Below are positions 57,920-64,000 of a stretch of DNA of 64,000 nt, piece after piece. Source of the DNA: Candidatus Omnitrophota bacterium (GTDB taxonomy: Bacteria > Omnitrophota > Gorgyraeia > Zapsychrales > Zapsychraceae); contig JBFWOS010000001.1 in NCBI GenBank assembly GCA_050250375.1, positions 702,361-766,360 on the forward strand, in the 5' to 3' direction. The notes beneath the pieces were generated by a model. It was not told the DNA's origin. It did not search any database and saw nothing but the letters and a program-made list of their open reading frames with translations. Each line of letters begins with the position of its first letter. Positions within the stretch are counted from its first letter, which is position 1. A program made the translations under genes and the position numbers.

Positions 57920-58919
57920 ATTGTTGATAATCCTCCGAACTCCTGACCCCGTCTTTGATCAAAGAAATGATTTCTTCGGTTAACACTTCGGAACCCTTCT
58001 GGTAAAGATGGTTTTTATCCCGCCAATATTCCGGCTTGTAGATATTCCGCAACGTGGGGATATAAATCTCCCCCCATTGTTTAAAATGGTGAAACATCTG
58101 GTCACTCGGAAGCACCGACGCAAAATCCGAAATGAACGCAAACGATAATTCGGTATCATACTCTTTACAAAGACCCCTTATTTTTTTCAAATAATATTCA
58201 GGATAAGACCCTGGCGGAATGATGTGCGGTCCTTTACTGACAGGATAAAACGGCTGGAAACGTCCATATTGATCAGAGAATTTTTTATTTTGTGTCAGCC
58301 GGGAATCATCCGCATAAAATCCTCCGGTTGCATCATTCAAGGGCAGTTCTACTAAATCGGGTTTATTTGCACATAGAGTTAATAACGGCCTCCGATAAAA
58401 ACGCGTTGAAAGCTCAGCCATATAATTAAAGATATGCTTGATCCTCTCTTTAAAATCAGGCGAATACGTCAGGACGCTTGGCCAACTTGAATTCTTAAAA
58501 TGATAATACACTTCATCCACAACTTCGGCGGGAGAGATTAAATATTTTGTGTACGGATGCGGGGCAAAGTCTTCCTGGCCGATCATTTCCACAAATATGT
58601 GCTTCACGTCGTGGTGTTCCAGTAAAGCCTTGATAACCAAATAATCAATGTCCCGGCCGGTCCAGTGCCGGCCGAAATTCCAGACTTGCGTGTGTTCAAA
58701 GGCATTTTCAATTTGTTTCGACCTGACCGCGCACCACGTCCTGGAACTTCCGACAAACACATAATCAACGGTTTGCCGGGGAGACTTGTAAATCTTGGAA
58801 TGGATCCAGGCCCACTTGGAATCGGGGACTTCCAATCCGTCCCAGCCGCTCCAGCAGGATAAAACGGCGGAGACCAGACAAAACACCAGAATAAGAATAA
58901 ATATCTTTAATGTTTTCAT
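57906..58919 (-). CDS. MBOAT-associated periplasmic protein (AlgJ/AlgX/DltD-like SGNH-fold candidate)
   Basis: Signal/anchor sequence. YVFVGSSRTW near the N-terminus resembles SGNH block I. Immediately downstream of the MBOAT gene. Confidence 0.45.
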   Translation of the reverse strand: MKTLKIFILILVFCLVSAVLSCWSGWDGLEVPDSKWAWIHSKIYKSPRQTVDYVFVGSSRTWCAVRSKQIENAFEHTQVWNFGRHWTGRDIDYLVIKALLEHHDVKHIFVEMIGQEDFAPHPYTKYLISPAEVVDEVYYHFKNSSWPSVLTYSPDFKERIKHIFNYMAELSTRFYRRPLLTLCANKPDLVELPLNDATGGFYADDSRLTQNKKFSDQYGRFQPFYPVSKGPHIIPPGSYPEYYLKKIRGLCKEYDTELSFAFISDFASVLPSDQMFHHFKQWGEIYIPTLRNIYKPEYWRDKNHLYQKGSEVLTEEIISLIKDGVRSSEDYQQYERR

Positions 58920-58920
58920 A

Positions 58921-60330
58921 TCAGAACTGAAAATAAATAAACGCCTGCTGGGCTATCCCCTTTAGCCCGATAATGGAAAATATAATAAAAAAACAGAAAA
59001 TGATGACCGAACGGACCGACCAGTGCGCTGCGTTAAACCACCGCCCGATTTTATCCAGATTGGGTTCGCACAAATAGTGTACGATGACGGAAATAGCCAA
59101 AAAACCCAATGCCGTATTCAAAGGTAAATGTCCTGCCGGACGATTAAAATCAAAGATTCCTGAAACATATTGTCCGGCTGACGTCAAAGTACCTGACCGG
59201 AAAAAAATCCAGGCCAGGCACGTCAAATGAAAAAAAACAACATTCCCGAAAAAATTATATTTCCGCGTTGAATGGTCAGTCTCTCTGTCGAACAATTTAT
59301 AAACCGCCAGGTACAGCCCGTGAAGGCCGCCCCACATGACAAACGTCCAGCTGGCCCCGTGCCAAAGCCCGCCCAACAGCATCACGGTCATCAGGTTAAA
59401 GATGCGCCGGCGCCGCCCAACACGGTTTCCGCCGAGCGGAATGTACAAATAATCCCTAAGCCAGGTCGACAGCGTGATGTGCCACCGCTTCCAGAAATCC
59501 GTTGGGTTGGCGGCGAAATACGGGCTGCGGAAATTCACCGGAATGGACAAACCGAAAATCAAACCCAACCCGATCGCAATGTCGGAATAAGCGGAGAAAT
59601 CGAAGAAAATCTGAAAGGCGTACGCGTAAGTACCCAAGAGCAATTCGAAAGAACTGTAACGCTCCGGCATTTGAAAGACCGGGTCCACCATGTAAAACCC
59701 CAGCATATCGGCCAATAAAATCTTCTTGGCCAGACCGTACAGGATAAGAAACAGCCCCGCGTCATCGCTGCGCCTGAATAAATTCTCTTTAAGCTGCGGA
59801 AGGAAATCTTTGGCCCGGACAATCGGCCCGGCGACTAACTGGGGAAACGCCGCGACAAAAAACAAAAAATTCAGCAGGGATCGTTCCGGTTTGATCTTCC
59901 CGAAATAAATATCCAGGGAATAACTCATCGTTTGAAAGGTATAAAAGGAAATCCCGACCGGAAGGATAATATTCAATACCGGCCAATGCGGGTCAAGCCC
60001 CAATGAAGCAAGAAGTCCCCCCAGGCTCTCGACAAAAAAATTAGCGTATTTAAAATAACCGAGCAGTCCTAGATTACCCGCAAGACTGACCGTTAAATAA
60101 ATTTTCTTCCTGGCAGGCGTTGCCGCGTAGAAAATCAAATACCCCATGCTGAAATCCAGCAAAGAGGAAAAAATGATCAGCCATAAAAAAGTGACGTTCC
60201 ACCAGCCGTAAAAAATATAACTGGCCGATAATAAGACAATAATCTGCGCCTTCGGATAATTTCGGAAAAAGAAAAAAAAGAGGAAGGTAAAAAACAAAAA
60301 CGGAGCAAAAATAATTTCCGTAAATGACAT
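58921..60330 (-). CDS. MBOAT-family membrane O-acyltransferase (AlgI/DltB-like)
   Basis: Many TM helices. Conserved [22 protein letters not shown] and WHGASW His motif. Confidence 0.85.
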   Translation of the reverse strand: [469 protein letters not shown]

Positions 60331-60374
60331 AGTTAACGCGGGGTTCCCCCGGCCTTATTGCGGCGCGTGAAAAT

Positions 60375-61514
60375 TTATGACTTCAGGGCGTTCTTCAGAT
60401 CGTCAATCAGGTCTTGCGCCCCTTCAATCCCCAGCGACACGCGGATGGTTTCCCGGGTAATTCCTGATTTTTTCAACCCGGCCTCTCCCATCGAGGCATG
60501 GCTCATCAGCCAGGGGTGTTCGATCAATGACTCAACCCCGCCCAGCGATTCCGCCAATGAGAAATATTTAAGTTTACTGAAAAATTTGTCAGGGGAAATC
60601 TTTGCTGTGTTCAGCTCAAACGACAGCATCCCGCCGAACCCGGTCATCTGTTTCTTGATCAGGTCCTGCTGGGGATGGCTTTTGAGACCCGGATAATAAA
60701 CCTTCTTGACATTTTTATGGGTTTCCAGAAATTGGGCAACCGCCAGAGCATTCTCCTGATGGGCTTCCATGCGCGGGCCCAGCGTCTTGATCCCACGCAA
60801 AACCAGCCACGCGTCAAACGGGGATTCGGAAACGCCCAGCGCGTTCACCAGGAATTTCCCGCGCTCCTGCGAATTTTTGTCGGCATAAATGATCGCGCCG
60901 CCGACCACATCACTGTGCCCGTTCAGATATTTGGTTGTTGAATGCACCACGATATCTGCGCCTGACTCAATCGGCTTCTGGAAATATGGTGAAAGGAACG
61001 TATTATCAACCACCGAGATGCATTTGTTCTCTTTGGCGATCCTGATCACCGCTTCCATGTCGACAATATTTAATAACGGATTGGACGGCGTTTCAATCCA
61101 GATCATCTTTGTTTTTTTAGTGATTGCTTTTTTAACGGCCTTCAGATCCCTCATATTAACAAACGAAAATGACATTCCCATCCCCGGGAAAACCTGATTA
61201 AACAACCGGTATGTCCCCCCGTAAATGTCATCCCCGGTCACTACGTGATCCCCGCTTTTCAGGAAAAATAAAACCGCGGTGATGGCCGACATCCCGGTGC
61301 AGGTCGCGGAAGCGCCTACCCCGCCTTCCAGCTGGGCGATATTCTCTTCCAGCGCCGTGCGGGTCGGATTCCCGGAACGGGTATAATCATAACCTTTATT
61401 TTTTCCCAGGGCGTCAAAATAAAACGTGGACGTCGGGTAAATGGGTGTCGTGACTGAATTGTAACTGGAATCTTTATAAACGCCGGTGTGCACGGCCTTG
61501 GTTCTGATATCCAT
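60375..61514 (-). CDS. Cys/Met-metabolism PLP-dependent enzyme (cystathionine gamma-synthase/beta-lyase or methionine gamma-lyase family)
   Basis: VVHSTTKYLNGHSDVVGG PLP-lysine motif. 379 aa. Confidence 0.85.
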   Translation of the reverse strand: MDIRTKAVHTGVYKDSSYNSVTTPIYPTSTFYFDALGKNKGYDYTRSGNPTRTALEENIAQLEGGVGASATCTGMSAITAVLFFLKSGDHVVTGDDIYGGTYRLFNQVFPGMGMSFSFVNMRDLKAVKKAITKKTKMIWIETPSNPLLNIVDMEAVIRIAKENKCISVVDNTFLSPYFQKPIESGADIVVHSTTKYLNGHSDVVGGAIIYADKNSQERGKFLVNALGVSESPFDAWLVLRGIKTLGPRMEAHQENALAVAQFLETHKNVKKVYYPGLKSHPQQDLIKKQMTGFGGMLSFELNTAKISPDKFFSKLKYFSLAESLGGVESLIEHPWLMSHASMGEAGLKKSGITRETIRVSLGIEGAQDLIDDLKNALKS

Positions 61515-61621
61515 ACTTACTCCTGATCATGATAAGACATTGAACGCGTTAATTTTCTAGCTATTATCGTGAAAAACCCGGCATTTGTCAAAAATAATAT
61601 CCGTCCGGAATGAATGCCTGT

Positions 61622-62113
61622 TTAGAATTGATACACAAAACTGTCCTTGAATTTCGGTTTCAATTTTGTGTTCAGCGCCCTGGCCTGCTCCATGCTGATC
61701 GTTTCCCCGATGCAGACCCGGTAACGGTTGACCGGTTCGGATGGGCGTGACGGGGCGATATACGCGTCGAACTCCTGTTTGACCAATTGTTCGACATATT
61801 GCGCGGCCTGTTCCCTGGTCTTAAACGAGGCGACCTGCACCGAATAAACTTTTTCCCGGCCGAACGGCGCTTCTTTGGGGGGAACCGCCTTCACTTCTTT
61901 TTGTTCCGCCGGTTTCGGCTGAGGCTGAACAATCTCGACCACCTTTGGTTTTGGCGCCGGTCCGTTGCTCACGACCGAAATGGTCTGCGTCTTCTCCTTT
62001 TGGTCACCCTTTTGGGAAATCAGGTTTTTCGTTTTATTCAGCAGCAATCCCAGGTCTCCCCCAAAAAAACCGCCCAGGAAAAACCCGATAAGAAAAATAA
62101 CAAAGTAACGCAT
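61622..62113 (-). CDS. SPOR-domain protein (N-terminal TM, Pro/Lys-rich linker)
   Basis: C-terminal SPOR domain YSVQVASFKTREQAAQYVEQL...YRVCIGE. Confidence 0.7.
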   Translation of the reverse strand: MRYFVIFLIGFFLGGFFGGDLGLLLNKTKNLISQKGDQKEKTQTISVVSNGPAPKPKVVEIVQPQPKPAEQKEVKAVPPKEAPFGREKVYSVQVASFKTREQAAQYVEQLVKQEFDAYIAPSRPSEPVNRYRVCIGETISMEQARALNTKLKPKFKDSFVYQF

Positions 62114-62206
62114 GGAACCTCCACTTAAATTAATTCAATAGCAAAACTAAGTTCAACCAGAGACTATAATACCAAGAGTCATCCGAATAATCAACGAAGC
62201 GAATCA

Positions 62207-64000
62207 TTATTCTCGGTCATCGACCGTGATCACCATTTCCGAACTGTTGGCCCGGATTTCCGGGACATACATCGCATGCGTCTGGTTCGGCATGCCGTGG
62301 AACGTCCCCGGCACTTCCGCCCGCAGTTCATAAGAGATCAGGTGTTTGCCTTCTTTCAATTTATCCACGAAGAACGCTGCCTTCTGGTCTCTTAACTCCT
62401 GGTAAATCCACGTCGTTTCCCCGGAAGGTTTGCCTTTAGAATCCAGTTTCTGCGCGTAAACCGATCCGCTGGTCAGCTGGACCGCCTCAAGCCCAGCCGG
62501 TTTATAATCTTCGATGATCAGATATTCATAATGGTTCTTTGCGTCGAGGATGATTTCCACCTTGATCCGGTCTCCGCTTTTAACGGTCGCGCCGTCTTCC
62601 AGCGGACGCCAATCGGTGTCATAACCTTTTAACAGCGTCTCCGCCGTGTCTTCAATCAAGTACCGGCGCTCCACAAAAACCTCATTGCCGGCCGGAGTGA
62701 TATTTTCCTCAAGGGTAAAATACTTCAGATATCCCGACGTATACAGGGAACCGGCGCCGTTCAGTCGGACTTCCACCGTGTTCTTCCCGTCTTTTAACGC
62801 CTCGTTCGGGAGTTCAATCATCCGGTTGAACGTGAATAAATTCCCGCGGTCAACCTGGCCCTCCCGGACCACCTTGCCGTTAAGCGTGACGGCATAGGTG
62901 AACTCAGGCGCGAGTTCATTGGTGGTTTTTAAATAATCCGCCAGTCCCAAAATCGCAATGGCGGTATCACGGGTGTTTTTCCAGCGCGCACCCCGTCGAT
63001 TCAGGGCCATCCACTTCACGGCCGGCTGGATCAATTCACTTTCAGGGCTGATGTTGGACAAGGCCTTGATCACAAACGCCGTCGCCTCCACGCCGCCTTC
63101 GCTGAACCGGTAATAAATCCCCGACTCACCCCAATGGACGGTCCCGTTCTCTTTATCTTCGATCATCCCGTTCGCCAGATTTCTGGCGAGGACCTGGGAC
63201 TTCTGCACGTCCCCGCGGTAATGCTGGGACAAGGCAAACAAGGCCCGGGTATACGGATTCAATTTGTCACGCATCTCCCACAACCGCAGGATTTGTTTAT
63301 TTTCATATTCACTGTTTGATTGGACCGCGGCCAAAGCGTGCAGCATCCAGGCCAGCATGTCCGGATTATTTTCTTCCTCCACCAATTCCTTCTGCAGATA
63401 CCGGACAGCTGAATCAATGACATTCCCTTTTACAGAAAGGCCGGCGGACCGGGCCGTGCCCAGGCCCCACACCACATACGCCGTCATGAAGCGGTCGGAG
63501 GAGCCTTCTTTCCACCAGCCCCAGCCTCCGTCGGAATGCTGAAAATCATACAGCCGTTCCAGACCGGCGGTGGTCATTTGGTTGAGTTTATTGACCGTGA
63601 GTTCCGTTTTTCGCTGCGGATGGTCAGGGTCTTCCCGCGGGATCAACACCTGATTAATATAATTGTCGATATCTTTTTCGCTTAAGCCCAAATCCTTGAG
63701 GGTCTTCTTGACAATGACCGCCGGTAAAAATCGGCTCATCGTTTGTTCCACACACCCGTAAGGAAAATCCGCCAGGTACGGCAAGGCATCAAGCATCGCC
63801 GCGGCTAATGACGGGGACAGGGTAATATTAAGGGAAGTCGATTCCTTGATCCGTTCTTTGGGAAGATCCAGCACAAACGTGTTGACGCTTTCGCCGGCCG
63901 GCTGATTGCGGTTGACGATAGACTGCGCGATGAACTTCTCGATCCCGTGCGGAATGACCGGGTAGGATTTGACCATCGCGTCCGCGTCCTCGGTCGCCTG
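62207..64000 (-). CDS. Alpha-2-macroglobulin-family protein, C-terminal ~590 aa; the 5-prime end is outside the window
   Basis: Thioester-region motif YGCVEQ with the downstream macroglobulin/receptor-binding-like domains. The minus-strand frame stays open to the window edge. Confidence 0.7.
   Translation of the reverse strand, partial: QATEDADAMVKSYPVIPHGIEKFIAQSIVNRNQPAGESVNTFVLDLPKERIKESTSLNITLSPSLAAAMLDALPYLADFPYGCVEQTMSRFLPAVIVKKTLKDLGLSEKDIDNYINQVLIPREDPDHPQRKTELTVNKLNQMTTAGLERLYDFQHSDGGWGWWKEGSSDRFMTAYVVWGLGTARSAGLSVKGNVIDSAVRYLQKELVEEENNPDMLAWMLHALAAVQSNSEYENKQILRLWEMRDKLNPYTRALFALSQHYRGDVQKSQVLARNLANGMIEDKENGTVHWGESGIYYRFSEGGVEATAFVIKALSNISPESELIQPAVKWMALNRRGARWKNTRDTAIAILGLADYLKTTNELAPEFTYAVTLNGKVVREGQVDRGNLFTFNRMIELPNEALKDGKNTVEVRLNGAGSLYTSGYLKYFTLEENITPAGNEVFVERRYLIEDTAETLLKGYDTDWRPLEDGATVKSGDRIKVEIILDAKNHYEYLIIEDYKPAGLEAVQLTSGSVYAQKLDSKGKPSGETTWIYQELRDQKAAFFVDKLKEGKHLISYELRAEVPGTFHGMPNQTHAMYVPEIRANSSEMVITVDDRE

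Noticed and set aside
1-64000. tRNA, rRNA, CRISPR arrays, IS transposases or integrases.
   Set aside because: No T-loop/anticodon-arm-like sequences, no regularly spaced direct repeats, and no transposase or integrase-like ORFs were seen in any intergenic region or frame.

Overview
This 64 kb window comes from a Gram-negative-type bacterium (LptD, a heptosyltransferase and GmhB are all present). Every CDS I can support lies on the minus strand. I found no rRNA, tRNA or CRISPR array.

From left to right the window contains:
- a partial priA gene and LPS-core genes (GT28, gmhB, GT2, a DegT aminotransferase and a GT9 heptosyltransferase), closed by a clear rho-independent terminator;
- a compositionally mosaic insert: a GC-rich winged-helix/SAM methyltransferase with a TetR regulator, two copies of a TetR-type palindromic operator, AT-rich genes for a hypothetical protein and a Sel1 lipoprotein, and a Fic (HPFx[D/E]GNGR) protein whose upstream region carries an ATTCTCCGCAT repeat array;
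- a large nucleotide-sugar tailoring island, which is the most interesting part. It encodes a ColD/E1-type PMP 3-dehydrase in which His replaces the catalytic Lys, an HddC-like nucleotidyltransferase, an HddA-like GHMP kinase, a B12-binding radical SAM enzyme, an SDR epimerase/dehydratase, a GDP-fucose-synthase homologue with a degenerate GxxGxxG, a minimal E1alpha/E1beta-type TPP enzyme pair lacking the E2-binding domain, and a NodU/CmcH carbamoyltransferase followed by SxtJ- and SxtK-like small membrane proteins. This gene combination predicts a heavily modified heptose or deoxy-hexose that may be deoxygenated, C-branched or methylated, and carbamoylated;
- two recombination scars inside that island: a 47-codon 3-prime stub of a DegT-family gene fused in frame after the Fic stop codon, and a wobble-diverged duplicate of the first 12 codons of the rSAM gene separated from the real start by a nested-palindrome element;
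- a 1591-aa secreted glycine-rich beta-helix protein with an internal tandem module duplication and an FN3 domain;
- UXS, two nucleotide-sugar dehydrogenases, lptD, a ROK kinase, two GGDEF cyclases, an orphan MalK-like ATPase and accD;
- a heat-shock region with hrcA-grpE-dnaK-dnaJ, hsp20-clpB and two CIRCE elements, plus a MerR/HspR-like gene whose promoter has a 12-bp inverted repeat flanking the -35 box;
- miaA-hflX, SPOR proteins, an ECF sigma/anti-sigma/DUF3106 module, an MBOAT gene with a partner protein, a trans-sulfuration PLP enzyme and a partial alpha-2-macroglobulin gene.
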